Part shown: positions 43,078 to 53,299 of the stretch, piece by piece
Numbering within the stretch: the first letter of the stretch is position 1
Layout: each line of letters opens with the position of its first letter
Assembly: GCA_963812015.1 (NCBI GenBank)
Contig: CAWETI010000002.1
Coordinates: forward strand, 64,001 to 128,000
Reading direction: 5' to 3'
DNA from: an uncultured delta proteobacterium
Lineage (GTDB): Bacteria; Desulfobacterota; Desulfobaccia; Desulfobaccales; 0-14-0-80-60-11
Length of the DNA stretch: 64,000 nt
Notes under the pieces: model-generated
Database searches by the model: none
What the model saw: the letters and a program-made list of their open reading frames with translations, nothing else
Told to the model about the DNA's origin: nothing
Translations under genes and position numbers: made by a program

Positions 43078-46000
43078 ATGCCTGAGACAAATCCGCCAAG
43101 ACTACTGATCAAGATGCCGCCCGCGGTGAGGGAGGCCCTGGCGGGCCAACCCTTGCGGCTGGCGGGCCATACCTTCCAGCTGCCTGTCTTGTGCCCCAAC
43201 GAAACTCTGGGGGCCCTGGCCACGGCCGCACCTGCCCCCAGGTGGTACGTAGCCGAAGGGCCGCCCGGAGCGGTTACGGTAGCTGAACTCTGGGAGTTGG
43301 CCCACCAGGCCCTGGCTGCCGAAGGCACCCCCCTGGCCGCGGCCGGCGTCTATATCGAGCCGGACCTGCTGCACCCCTGGTTTTACGATAATCCCTGCCG
43401 CACCGCCGGGCTTGGGGCCGCCCCGGTCGACACCTGCGTTTACAACCGCCAGGCCGCCGATTTGCCCCAAGGACCCGGGTTCGCCTGGCATTTGGGCCAG
43501 GATTTTTCCCAGCTCAGGGAGGCCCGGGACCAGGTAGCCGCCGCCGACCGGGCGTCGGTGCGCCTTGGCATCATGGACGTGGGCTTCGACTTTTCCCATC
43601 GAGCTATGCCGGAGGCATCGCAACTGCTGGTTGACCTGCAGCGCAACTTCGTGGACGATGGCCAATCGCCGAAGGACGCCTCCGATCCTTATCCAAGGGG
43701 GCTGTTCAAGAATCCCGGGCACGGCACCGCCACCATCGCCATTCTGGCCGGCGGCCGCTTGATCGGCATGGCCCCGCCCGCGGATACCAACGACTACCTG
43801 GGCGGGGCGCCTTTGGCCAAGGTCATCCCGGTGCGCATCGCCAGTTCGGTGATCCTGCTCTACACCAGCGCCTTTGTCAAAGGTCTGGACTACCTTATCG
43901 CCCCTTACCAAGACCCCGCTGACACCGGCGACCGGGATCAGGGCGCCGACGTGATCTCCATGAGCATGGGGGGGCTGGCCTCCAAGGCCTGGGCCGATGT
44001 GGTGAACCGGGCCTACGAGGCCGGGATTTGCCTGGTGACCGCGGCGGGCAATAACTTTTTCGGGACCCCGCAAACCATCGTCTATCCGGCGCGTTTTAAG
44101 CGCGTCATCGCCGCCTGCGGCATCATGGCCGATGGAAACCCGTATATTCGCGACAAGGTGCCGTCCCTTCGCATGGCCGGCAACTACGGGCCGGACAGCA
44201 AGATGGACACGGCCCTGGCGGCCTATACCCCGAATATGACCTGGGCCGAGATCAACTGCCCGACCATTGTCGATATGGACGGCGCCGGGACCTCTGCGGC
44301 CACCCCTCAGGTGGCGGCCGCCGCGGCCCTCTGGTTGCAAAAATACAAGGCTCAACTCCTGAGCCGGGCCCCTTGGGAGCGGGTCGAGGCCGTGCGCCAG
44401 GCCCTATTCGCCAGCGCTAGGAAGACCGACCCCGATTGCCGGAAGTACTTCGGTCAGGGCGTCCTCCAGGCGGCCGCGGCGCTGGCGGTGCAGCCCGCGG
44501 CGAAACTCACCACGACCCCGGCCGACCAGGTTTCCCTGCCGTTTCTGAGCGTCCTCACCGGGGTGGGGGTGGCCGGGGCCCCCGGCACCGAGATGCTGGA
44601 GGTCGAAGCGCTTCAGCTTCTCCAACGGGATCGGTTGATAGAAAAGACCATCAAAGATCCCGAGCTACCGGAGATCAAGAGGAAGGAGATCAAGGACTTC
44701 ATGGAGGCGTCCATCGCCAGTGAGCTGGCTTCCTCCACCTTGAAGAACTATTTTAAGGAGGTCTATATGAACAATTTCGCCAACGTCTCGTTGCCGCAAC
44801 AACATTCCCAATCACCGCCCCCGATAACCGAAAGAAAGGTCCACACTCCTCGTCCGGTGTGCCGGCGGTTGCGCGGTTTTGCCTTCGATCCGGAGATGTC
44901 CACCCGCCTGGAAACCGCCCGCATCAACTCGGTGGTGTTTGAGGTCCCCTGGGAAATGGGCCTCAAGCTCGGTCCCTCCGGTGAATATGTGGAGGTGATC
45001 GATCATGATCCGGCCAGCGGCTGTTTTTATGCTCCGGTGGATTTAAACAATCAGTTCCTCCTGGCAGCTGACGGGCTCTCACCTTCCGAGGGTGACCCCA
45101 AATTCCATCAACAAATGGTCTATGCCGTGTCCATGCGCACCATCAATAATTTCGAGATCGCCCTGGGCCGCAAGGCCTTGTGGTCCCCAAAGATGCTCGA
45201 CAAGGATGACCACCTATACGTTCAAAAGTTGAGAATTTATCCACACGCCCTACGAGAACGCAATGCCTACTATGACCCGGAGAAGAAGGCCCTGCTGTTC
45301 GGCTACTTCCCCGCCACTGCCGCCGATCCGGGGCAGCAGTATCCCGGCGGCATGGTCTTCACTTGCCTGTCGCACGACATCGTGGCCCACGAAACCACCC
45401 ATGCCCTGCTGGACGGCATGCACCGGAATTTCATCCAGCCAAGCAATGAGGACCAACTGGCTTTTCACGAAGCCTTTGCCGACATTGTGGCCCTGTTCCA
45501 GCACTTCTCCATGCCGGAGGTGTTGCGGCACCAAATCGCCAAAACCAGAGGCGACATGCGGACCCGGAACCTGTTGGGCGAATTGGCCCAGCAGTTCGGC
45601 CAAGCCACCGGCATGCGCGGCGCCTTACGCAGCGCCATCGGCCAGACGGACCCCAAAACCGGCCAGTGGAGTCCGCTAATCCCTGACCCCGCGCTTTATG
45701 TGACGGCAACCGAACCTCACGCTCGTGGAGCCTTGTTGGTAGCCGCGGTATTTGACGCCTTTATGTCGATCTACGAGATCCGGACCGCCGACCTTTTGCG
45801 CCTGGCCACCTCTGGGACGGGCGTCCTGCCCGGCGGCGCCATTCACCCCGACCTGGTGGGGCGCTTAAGTGAAGAGGCTGCCATGGTTTCCCAGCATGTG
45901 CTGAATATATGCATCCGGGCCCTGGATTATTGTCCGCCGGTGGATTTGACCTTCGGGGATTATTTGCGGGCCCTGATCACTGCGGACTACGATTTAGTGC

Positions 46001-46692
46001 CGGACGATCCGTACGGCTACCGAATCGCCTTTGTCGAAGCCTTCCGCCGCTGGGGCATTTACCCCCGGGACTTGAGGAGCCTGTCCGTCGACGCCTTGTT
46101 GTGGCGTCCAGCCTGGGAGGATCTGGAAGGTGACGATAAAGAGTCGGACCCGCTCCACCCCATATTGCTCAATTTGCGCGCCTTTGCCGAAGAATTCCGC
46201 TATCTCGAGTCCAGGAAAGAGATGTTCCGCCGCACCCGGGAATGGCGCAGAAAAGTGCATGGGGACCTGAAGCGTCTCTTCAAAAGCATTTCCAGAGATC
46301 AATGGAAACAACAAAAGCTCATGTCCGCCCTGGGGCTCGATCTGAAAGAGCCTTTTGAGGTGCACGCCCTGCGGGTATCAGACCGACAGGGTCCCGATAC
46401 CGAGCCTCGTCCCCCCAAAATTCTGCTGTCTTTGGTGCAGGAGCGCCAGGTGCCGGGTGATGCCGACGGGGGCGGTCAACCCTTCGTGTACAGCGCCGGC
46501 TGTACGATTATTGCCGACCAGCGGCAGGCCGCAGTCGATTACTACGTGAGCAAGAGCATATTCAGCGAGGGGAGGCTCGCTCGCCAGCGAACCTTCAATG
46601 CTACCTCAAGCCAACCTTTGGCCGCGCTTTACTTCGGCGCCAGCCCACTGACCGGTATGGCCCAGCGTTTTGCCATGCTGCATGCAGACTAG
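43078..46692 (+). CDS. Subtilisin (S8) protease fused to an M4-like zinc metalloprotease domain
   Basis: S8 triad IMDVGFD / HGTAT / GTSAATP with AAGN; C-terminal NAYY, HETTH (HExxH), AFHEAFAD; AGGAGG RBS; no signal peptide. Confidence 0.88.
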   Translation: MPETNPPRLLIKMPPAVREALAGQPLRLAGHTFQLPVLCPNETLGALATAAPAPRWYVAEGPPGAVTVAELWELAHQALAAEGTPLAAAGVYIEPDLLHPWFYDNPCRTAGLGAAPVDTCVYNRQAADLPQGPGFAWHLGQDFSQLREARDQVAAADRASVRLGIMDVGFDFSHRAMPEASQLLVDLQRNFVDDGQSPKDASDPYPRGLFKNPGHGTATIAILAGGRLIGMAPPADTNDYLGGAPLAKVIPVRIASSVILLYTSAFVKGLDYLIAPYQDPADTGDRDQGADVISMSMGGLASKAWADVVNRAYEAGICLVTAAGNNFFGTPQTIVYPARFKRVIAACGIMADGNPYIRDKVPSLRMAGNYGPDSKMDTALAAYTPNMTWAEINCPTIVDMDGAGTSAATPQVAAAAALWLQKYKAQLLSRAPWERVEAVRQALFASARKTDPDCRKYFGQGVLQAAAALAVQPAAKLTTTPADQVSLPFLSVLTGVGVAGAPGTEMLEVEALQLLQRDRLIEKTIKDPELPEIKRKEIKDFMEASIASELASSTLKNYFKEVYMNNFANVSLPQQHSQSPPPITERKVHTPRPVCRRLRGFAFDPEMSTRLETARINSVVFEVPWEMGLKLGPSGEYVEVIDHDPASGCFYAPVDLNNQFLLAADGLSPSEGDPKFHQQMVYAVSMRTINNFEIALGRKALWSPKMLDKDDHLYVQKLRIYPHALRERNAYYDPEKKALLFGYFPATAADPGQQYPGGMVFTCLSHDIVAHETTHALLDGMHRNFIQPSNEDQLAFHEAFADIVALFQHFSMPEVLRHQIAKTRGDMRTRNLLGELAQQFGQATGMRGALRSAIGQTDPKTGQWSPLIPDPALYVTATEPHARGALLVAAVFDAFMSIYEIRTADLLRLATSGTGVLPGGAIHPDLVGRLSEEAAMVSQHVLNICIRALDYCPPVDLTFGDYLRALITADYDLVPDDPYGYRIAFVEAFRRWGIYPRDLRSLSVDALLWRPAWEDLEGDDKESDPLHPILLNLRAFAEEFRYLESRKEMFRRTREWRRKVHGDLKRLFKSISRDQWKQQKLMSALGLDLKEPFEVHALRVSDRQGPDTEPRPPKILLSLVQERQVPGDADGGGQPFVYSAGCTIIADQRQAAVDYYVSKSIFSEGRLARQRTFNATSSQPLAALYFGASPLTGMAQRFAMLHAD

Positions 46693-46706
46693 GGAGGATA
46701 ATTGCG

Positions 46707-48161
46707 ATGCCTGAGACTGTGTCCTATCAAGTTCCCGCCGGGAGCAAGGTTCGTATCCGGATGTATCGCCAGGGGCTGGGCGATTGTTTCCTCCTCACCT
46801 TTTACGACAATAACGGACCCAATCATATCCTCATCGACTGCGGCGTCTTGCTTGGTACTCCGAACGGCAGTCAGAAAATTCTCCAGGTGGCTCAAGACAT
46901 TGCCACGGAAACCAATGGCAAACTTAAGGCCCTAGTGGCGACCCATGAACATTGGGATCATATCTCCGGGTTTTTCGACGCCGCCGAGGTTTTCGATCCC
47001 TTCGATATCGGGGAAATCTGGGTAGCCTGGACAGAGGACCCCAGCAACCCGACAGCCAAGAGCCTAAAGCGCCAGAATAGCCTCAAGCTTCAGGCCATCC
47101 ATCTGGCCCTGGCCCAACTGGCCGAGACCGGCGAGCCCCAGTTCCAGGCCTACGGGCAAGGGGTGGCAGGACTGCTCGCTTTCTTCGGGGGTCCGGCTGC
47201 AGGTGCCACCCTGGCCGCTTTCTCGGATAAAACCTCCCAGGCGATGGCCAAAGTGACGCAACGCCATCCGGTTCCCACCTATTGCAAGCCCGGTGATGTG
47301 ATCCGGCGTGATTGGCTGCCGGGCGTGGGGATCTATGTCATGGGGCCGCCGGAAGACCCGGCTATGCTCCATCTGATGGAAGGCCCGGTGGGCAAAGACA
47401 TGTACGGTCTGACCGGGGCCGACAGCGCCTTTGCCGCAGCCCTGGAAGCGTCGGCACTCGCCGCCATGGGGGAGGAGGCGGATCCAATCAGCGCCGGACT
47501 CATTGATGCGGCCCTGCCCTTCAATGCTTCTTTGCAATGGCACGATAAGCCAGGAAAAAATAGGATTCTGGAGGACCCACAGTTCGGACCACTCTATAAG
47601 TCGTATATGGCTGACGACGCCAGTTGGCGGCGCATCGATCAGGACTGGCTTCTTTCAATGGCCCGGCTGGGGCTCCAGTTGGACAACGCCACCAACAACA
47701 CCAGCCTGGTTCTGGCCTTCGAGTTCAGCGACACTAAGGAAGTCCTGTTGTTCGCCGCCGACGCCCAGATCGGCAATTGGAAGTCCTGGTTTACCATTAA
47801 GGCATTTGATGCCGCCGATCTCATGCGGCGCACCGTATTCTACAAGGTGGGACATCACGGCAGCCACAACGCCACCCTGAAGGAAGGCGGCCTGGAGGCC
47901 ATGACCACGCCGGGGTTGGTGGCCGCCATCCCGGTGGACGAGAATTTCGCCAACAACGTCAAGCACTGGCCGATGCCGGCGAAGCCGCTTTATGCCCGCT
48001 TGCAGGATTTGACCCGGGGCCGCATCTTGCGCGCCGATAAGACTTGGCCCAGCGACGCCGATCAACCCCCGCCGGGTCTATCGACCGAGGATTGGCGGGA
48101 CTTTACCGGAATGGTCCAACTGGCCCCGGATGGCTTGTTCATCGATTTCTATATGAAATAG
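46707..48161 (+). CDS. MBL-fold metallohydrolase (ComEC-like) with large insertions
   Basis: GLGDCFLL, LIDCG, THEHWDHISG, NNTSLVL, ADAQ, KVGHHGSHN. Confidence 0.88.
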   Translation: MPETVSYQVPAGSKVRIRMYRQGLGDCFLLTFYDNNGPNHILIDCGVLLGTPNGSQKILQVAQDIATETNGKLKALVATHEHWDHISGFFDAAEVFDPFDIGEIWVAWTEDPSNPTAKSLKRQNSLKLQAIHLALAQLAETGEPQFQAYGQGVAGLLAFFGGPAAGATLAAFSDKTSQAMAKVTQRHPVPTYCKPGDVIRRDWLPGVGIYVMGPPEDPAMLHLMEGPVGKDMYGLTGADSAFAAALEASALAAMGEEADPISAGLIDAALPFNASLQWHDKPGKNRILEDPQFGPLYKSYMADDASWRRIDQDWLLSMARLGLQLDNATNNTSLVLAFEFSDTKEVLLFAADAQIGNWKSWFTIKAFDAADLMRRTVFYKVGHHGSHNATLKEGGLEAMTTPGLVAAIPVDENFANNVKHWPMPAKPLYARLQDLTRGRILRADKTWPSDADQPPPGLSTEDWRDFTGMVQLAPDGLFIDFYMK

Positions 48162-48303
48162 AGGATGTTGGCGCCTAATGGACCTGTGGTCCAGGCCCAC
48201 TCATGGGGTGCTTGCCGTCCTTAAAGAGAGTACAGGTCAATACCAGAAGAACACCAGATAGTTTTCTCCAATCGCGGCTATTAACACATAGGAGGATCGC
48301 TTT

Positions 48304-50013
48304 ATGCCCAACGCTGACGACATCCTTTGGCTTAAGAAGCAGTTTCACCGGCAGATTAAAGCTGCGGTGAAAGACACCCCATTTAGCCTCGACATGCTCA
48401 CCGCAATCGCTTGCCAGGAGTCGGGTGAAATCTGGCCAATCCTTCGTAAAAAACCACTAAGCCTCGGGCAATTGCTGGAGTTGTGCGTTGGCGACACCAT
48501 TGACACAAGTGGTGGGCGCCAAGCGTTTCCGAAAACCAAGAGCGATTTGTTGGCCAAGCCGAAGGGAGAGCAGATGTTTGCTATCGCTCGGCAAGCCCTG
48601 GTGGACATGGCCCATTACATCAAGGGCTACCAGGCGGCAGCGGCAAACCCGGAAAAATTTTGCCATGGTTTCGGCATCTTCCAATACGACCTGCAGTTCT
48701 TCCTGGAGGACCCGGACTATTTCCTCCAAAAGCGCTACGCCGACTTTGATGCGTCCCTTGGGAAATGCATTGGAGAACTTCATAATGCCATGAAGCGGAT
48801 CCACTGGGATAACAAGACCACGCTCACGGATTATGAGATGGCGTGCGTGGCCATTGCCTACAATACTGGCGGCTTCAAGCCGGGCAGGGGACTGCAGCAA
48901 GGCTACAGACCCCCTGGGGGCAAGTACTACGGGGAAGAAATCTTTGCTTTGCTGCGTTTGTCAAAGACGGTGGCGCTGCCGGGCGCTGGCCCGGCGGCGC
49001 TATCCGCTCCCCAGCCTGGAAACGCGGCGGTACCGCCACCCACGCCGGTGGAGGCTACCGGGCCGTTTTACGAGGTGGATGTCCGCCAGGCACCCTTGCG
49101 CTTGCGCCGCGAGCCGCAGATTGACGCGAATGATCCGAACGCCAACGTGATGGCGCTGCTGCCTGACGGCCAGCCCGTGCGGGCCGTCAAGAACCGAGAG
49201 GTCAATGGCTTCCTGGAGGTGGAGACGAGCTTGTGGGGCGCACACCACCGCGGCTTTGCCTCCGCTCGGTATCTTAAGCCTGCTCCGGGCGGGGCCAAGG
49301 TGCCGATAGTAACACCGGCGCCGGCGCCGCCAAGCCGCGGCATCGTCGCGGTCTACATGCCAAGTCAGCCGGGGGTAGTGACCAGGCGTACCGACCCCCC
49401 CGACGCACATTCACTCAACGAACCGAACCAGCCGGGCCGCAGGGGCGCCACCCCTGACGATCTCCGCGCCGAGCTGGCGGCGATTATCGATTGGCTGGCG
49501 GTAGACGACGCCACCCACAGGCGCTACCAACCTGGTAAGAATACTTATTGCAACATCTATGCGCATGACTATTGCTATCTGGCCGGCGCTTATCTGCCTA
49601 GGGTATGGTGGACGCCGGGGGCCATCGAGAAGCTGGCCCAAGGGAAAGACGTTCAACCGTTTTTAGAAAACACCATAGACGAGCAGCGCGCCAATGACCT
49701 CTTCCGCTGGCTGCGCGACTTTGGCCCGCGCTTCGGTTGGCAGGGGACTGGCACCGTGAGCAAGCTGCAACTGGAGGTCAACCAGGGGGCGATCGGCCTC
49801 ATCGTCGCTCGACGCAAGGAGGACGGGAGGCCAGGCCATATCGTCGCGGTGGTGCCTGAGACCGATAATCACCGGGCGCGGCGCGACGCCGCCGGGGAGG
49901 TGATCGCACCGCTGCAAAGCCAGGCTGGATCGACTAATTTCCGTTACGGGACCAGACTCAACTGGTGGAGGGATGACCGATTTGCCGACAGCGCTTTTTG
50001 GCTGCACTCCTGA
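48304..50013 (+). CDS. Multidomain peptidoglycan hydrolase: lysozyme/SLT-like + SH3b + CHAP/NlpC-like
   Basis: AIACQESG, GFGIFQ, AYNTG; LRLRREP..GFASARYL; TYCNIY..GHIVAV..QAG; no signal peptide. Confidence 0.78.
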   Translation: MPNADDILWLKKQFHRQIKAAVKDTPFSLDMLTAIACQESGEIWPILRKKPLSLGQLLELCVGDTIDTSGGRQAFPKTKSDLLAKPKGEQMFAIARQALVDMAHYIKGYQAAAANPEKFCHGFGIFQYDLQFFLEDPDYFLQKRYADFDASLGKCIGELHNAMKRIHWDNKTTLTDYEMACVAIAYNTGGFKPGRGLQQGYRPPGGKYYGEEIFALLRLSKTVALPGAGPAALSAPQPGNAAVPPPTPVEATGPFYEVDVRQAPLRLRREPQIDANDPNANVMALLPDGQPVRAVKNREVNGFLEVETSLWGAHHRGFASARYLKPAPGGAKVPIVTPAPAPPSRGIVAVYMPSQPGVVTRRTDPPDAHSLNEPNQPGRRGATPDDLRAELAAIIDWLAVDDATHRRYQPGKNTYCNIYAHDYCYLAGAYLPRVWWTPGAIEKLAQGKDVQPFLENTIDEQRANDLFRWLRDFGPRFGWQGTGTVSKLQLEVNQGAIGLIVARRKEDGRPGHIVAVVPETDNHRARRDAAGEVIAPLQSQAGSTNFRYGTRLNWWRDDRFADSAFWLHS

Positions 50014-50205
50014 TTTGGTCCGGAGGGTAACAAACCCCCCACGCGGAGTCTGGGATCCTGATCAGGTTTATCTTAGGAAAGACTTAAAGAAGCGGTTCAG
50101 AGGATAAATTCTAAAATGAGTTAGGGGCCGGTTAATCCAGGTTAATTTCCCGGATTCTTTTGAGCCAGGCTGTCGGCAAATTGCAGTCACAGGCAAGGAG
50201 GAACA

Positions 50206-51054
50206 ATGAAGACCACTGCTGCCCTGTTAGGAGCCTTTCTTGGTTGCTGGTTCATTTTTTGCCCGGTCCCGGGGTGGGCTCAAGCCCCGGAGGTTCCGAA
50301 GGCTACCGCACCAAGCCAACCAATTACTGAGCCCGCTACGAGTACCCCTGCGCCGAGTCCGCCAGCCAAACCCGGTGCATCGGCCCAGCCGGTGGCAGTC
50401 CCTCCCGGGGGGCCAGTCCCGCCGTCGCCAGCCTCTCCCGGGGGGGCAGCCCAGCCGGCGTCAGTTACTTCCCTGGAACCTTCGAAAGCCTTAAATGCAG
50501 CTGCTCTGGCCAAGGGGCTGGACTGGAACCTGATCTTGGTTCTGCTCCTAACTTTCGTTACGGGTGGGATGGGGGGCATCGTTTATGAGTTGCTCATCCT
50601 CCAGGGCAATATCGAATTGCCCCATAAACCTGACCAGGATGAGATAACTGAAAAGTTTCCCTACGCCATCCCCAAATTTCTATTTGATCTGGGGATTTTT
50701 GCCCGGGTTATTATCGGGGCCGCCGCGGCATTGGCCGCGCTTCTGGTCTTGACGCCAACTACAGCCACAACCTTGCTGGCAACTTCCTTAGTCGCGGGTT
50801 CCGCAGGCACCTCGGTATTCCGCTCCATCCAGGACCGGCTGTTGGCGGCTCTGGCTCAAAAGGACGCGGCCAATAAGGGGACCCAGCTGACCAAAATGAA
50901 CACCATTAACACCCAGGCCCTTGAAAAACTAAGCAGGCTCAAGACTGCTGCTGTCCCCCCCGCTACCGGAGGCAAAGGGCTCACCGGCGTCGGCCTAGAT
51001 GACCTGGATGAGATCGAAAAATTGCTGAGTGAGGCCAAGGGGCTGGGCGCCTAG
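50206..51054 (+). CDS. Membrane protein: signal peptide, Pro-rich linker, 3 TM segments, C-terminal helix
   Basis: Signal ending ..GWAQ; TMs GGMGGIV / IIGAAAA / SLVAGSAG. Confidence 0.75.
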   Translation: MKTTAALLGAFLGCWFIFCPVPGWAQAPEVPKATAPSQPITEPATSTPAPSPPAKPGASAQPVAVPPGGPVPPSPASPGGAAQPASVTSLEPSKALNAAALAKGLDWNLILVLLLTFVTGGMGGIVYELLILQGNIELPHKPDQDEITEKFPYAIPKFLFDLGIFARVIIGAAAALAALLVLTPTTATTLLATSLVAGSAGTSVFRSIQDRLLAALAQKDAANKGTQLTKMNTINTQALEKLSRLKTAAVPPATGGKGLTGVGLDDLDEIEKLLSEAKGLGA

Positions 51055-51248
51055 CGGAACCTTGAATAAGCGCCGGCTACCGGAACTCTAACCGAAATGA
51101 CCGGCGTTTAACGCCTGCCCTCAAGCTATGGGAGGGATTTTAAGGCGGAATCTCGACAAGGGTTGCAAGATTAAGGACAGCCTCGGCTAAGGCTGTCAAA
51201 AATAAACCGGCCGCTAAGTTGGCGTAAAAACCGGCAAAGGAGCAGGGA

Positions 51249-52850
51249 ATGACACCGGCGACAAGTAAAATTGACAAAGTCATAGTTACTAATTTTTCGG
51301 CGCTTAATGCAAAGTACGGTAACCAGGGGGGGCAAAAGATTCAGACTGCGGTACAAGATTTAATTGCCGCAGACCAAAGCCGCGGCCTGGTTACCGGCTT
51401 TTATCGCCTGGATGACCTGGCTACTATGCAGCAGTTTAAGGTGGCGCCCGTTACCATCCCAACCAATCCGAAGCAAAACAAAGAGGCGGTCGATGCCGTT
51501 TACCGGGCCCTCGCTCCGGATTATATTCTCATGTTAGGCAGCATAGACATCATTCCGCATCAGGACCTGAAAAACCCTATCTTTTCGTCAGGGAATGATG
51601 CGGACGAATTTGCCTTCGGTGACCTCCCCTATGCCTGTGAATCCCCTTACATTCAAAATCCTGAAGATTTTTTTGGGCCGACCCGGGTTGTCGGCCGGGT
51701 GCCGGATATTACCGGAGCCAATGATCCCCAGTACCTGATAGATTTATTGAAAATCGCCGCGACCTATACGGAGAACGATGCTGAGCAGTATCGCCCGTAT
51801 TTCGGGATCTCGGCGGAAATCTGGGAACAATCAACCAGGTCAAGTACTTCTAACATCTTCGGGAATTCCCAAGGCCTCAAGACGGTTCCACCGCAAGGTC
51901 CAAATTGGCCTCCCGCCCTGTTGATTCAGCTGGCTCACTTCATCAACTGTCATGGCGCTCCGGCCGACTCCCATTTTTATGGACAGCCGGCCACCGGTGC
52001 CCAAAAATATCCCATCGCCCTCGATGCCACCAACCTGGAACAAAATATTTCTGAAGGGGCGGTGGTTGCCGCCGAATGTTGTTATGGCGCCCAGCTCTTC
52101 GATCCGGCCCTGAACGGCGGACAAAGCGGGATATGCAACACCTACCTTGGCAACAAGGCCTACGGGTTTTTTGGCAGCACCACCATTGCTTATGGACCTG
52201 CTGATGCCAATGACCAGGCTGATCTGATCTGCCAATACTTCCTGCAAGGCGTCTTGCAGGGGGCCTCGTTGGGAAGAGCGGCCCTTGCGGCTCGGCAAAA
52301 ATTCATCCATACTGCCAGCATGTATGACCCCTCCAATGTTAAGACTATCGCGCAATTCAATCTCTATGCCGACCCATCTATAACCCCGATCAGACCGCCG
52401 CTGGCGCCGACAAAGGCCTTGGCCCGGTTCGCCCCCATGAACCTGCGCCTGGAGAGGGTGGAGCGCCGTCGGGACTTTTTCAGCCGCGGCCTTGCCTTAG
52501 CCCAGAGCCAGCCAAGCCTTAGCAAAGATGTAAGTAAGAAAGAAGACGTGGTATTGGCTGCTTTGCATAAAGTTGCAGGTGACTACGGTCTTCGCACGAA
52601 AGAAATATTGACGTTCAACGTGAAAGAGCCGCCTATATCGAAATCTATGCCCCTTGGACTTGTGGCAAGGGAAACACTTCCCAGTCGCATACACATAATC
52701 TTCGGAACCACCGAGGACATGGCTAGGGAAAATACCATGAAGATGGTATCCGGGGAAACAAAGCTTCCTAATGTAGTGGGAATCGTTGCCCTGATTATCA
52801 AGGAAATAAACGGGACTATAGCTTCCGTCAAAAAAATCTTCAGCAGATAG
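51249..52850 (+). CDS. Peptidase C25 (gingipain/caspase-fold) cysteine protease
   Basis: ILMLGS..IP, DLPY, VGRVP, catalytic dyad candidates NCHG and AECCYG, FNLYADP; no signal peptide. Confidence 0.8.
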   Translation: MTPATSKIDKVIVTNFSALNAKYGNQGGQKIQTAVQDLIAADQSRGLVTGFYRLDDLATMQQFKVAPVTIPTNPKQNKEAVDAVYRALAPDYILMLGSIDIIPHQDLKNPIFSSGNDADEFAFGDLPYACESPYIQNPEDFFGPTRVVGRVPDITGANDPQYLIDLLKIAATYTENDAEQYRPYFGISAEIWEQSTRSSTSNIFGNSQGLKTVPPQGPNWPPALLIQLAHFINCHGAPADSHFYGQPATGAQKYPIALDATNLEQNISEGAVVAAECCYGAQLFDPALNGGQSGICNTYLGNKAYGFFGSTTIAYGPADANDQADLICQYFLQGVLQGASLGRAALAARQKFIHTASMYDPSNVKTIAQFNLYADPSITPIRPPLAPTKALARFAPMNLRLERVERRRDFFSRGLALAQSQPSLSKDVSKKEDVVLAALHKVAGDYGLRTKEILTFNVKEPPISKSMPLGLVARETLPSRIHIIFGTTEDMARENTMKMVSGETKLPNVVGIVALIIKEINGTIASVKKIFSR

Positions 52851-52858
52851 TAGGCGAT

Positions 52859-53101
52859 ATGGCCGAGTTTATCGGTAAAGTGATCAAGAAACCGTTTGGT
52901 ATTGGTTCCAAGAGCGAGCACGAAGCAGTCTTTCTGGAAACCGAAAATAACCAATATGTCCTGCGCCGCCAGGGGGGTAACCCTTTTTATGATGAGGCCA
53001 TGCAAGAAATCGTTGGCAAGACCATTCGTTGCACCGGTGTGGTCGTCGATTATGCTCTCTTGATTTCAGATTGGGCGGTACTTGAGGAGGGGGAAAAATA
53101 A
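52859..53101 (+). CDS. Small hypothetical beta-rich protein
   Basis: 80-aa ORF 8 nt after the C25 gene; GSKSEHEAV..LRRQGGNPF. Confidence 0.7.
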   Translation: MAEFIGKVIKKPFGIGSKSEHEAVFLETENNQYVLRRQGGNPFYDEAMQEIVGKTIRCTGVVVDYALLISDWAVLEEGEK

Positions 53102-53299
53102 CGGACAACAGGTTGAGCTTATATCGGAATCCCGCCTGGCACTAAGGCCTTTAAGGTCGTGCTGCGGAAATCATCCTTTGCCGGGTCCGATGGCTGGCCG
53201 CCAGGACTGGCCCAGGGAGGTAAAGGTAGGAATCACGGCGACAGATAAGATTGATGCATTCAAAATTATTGAAATTTAGACAAAGGAGGATAGCTGATT

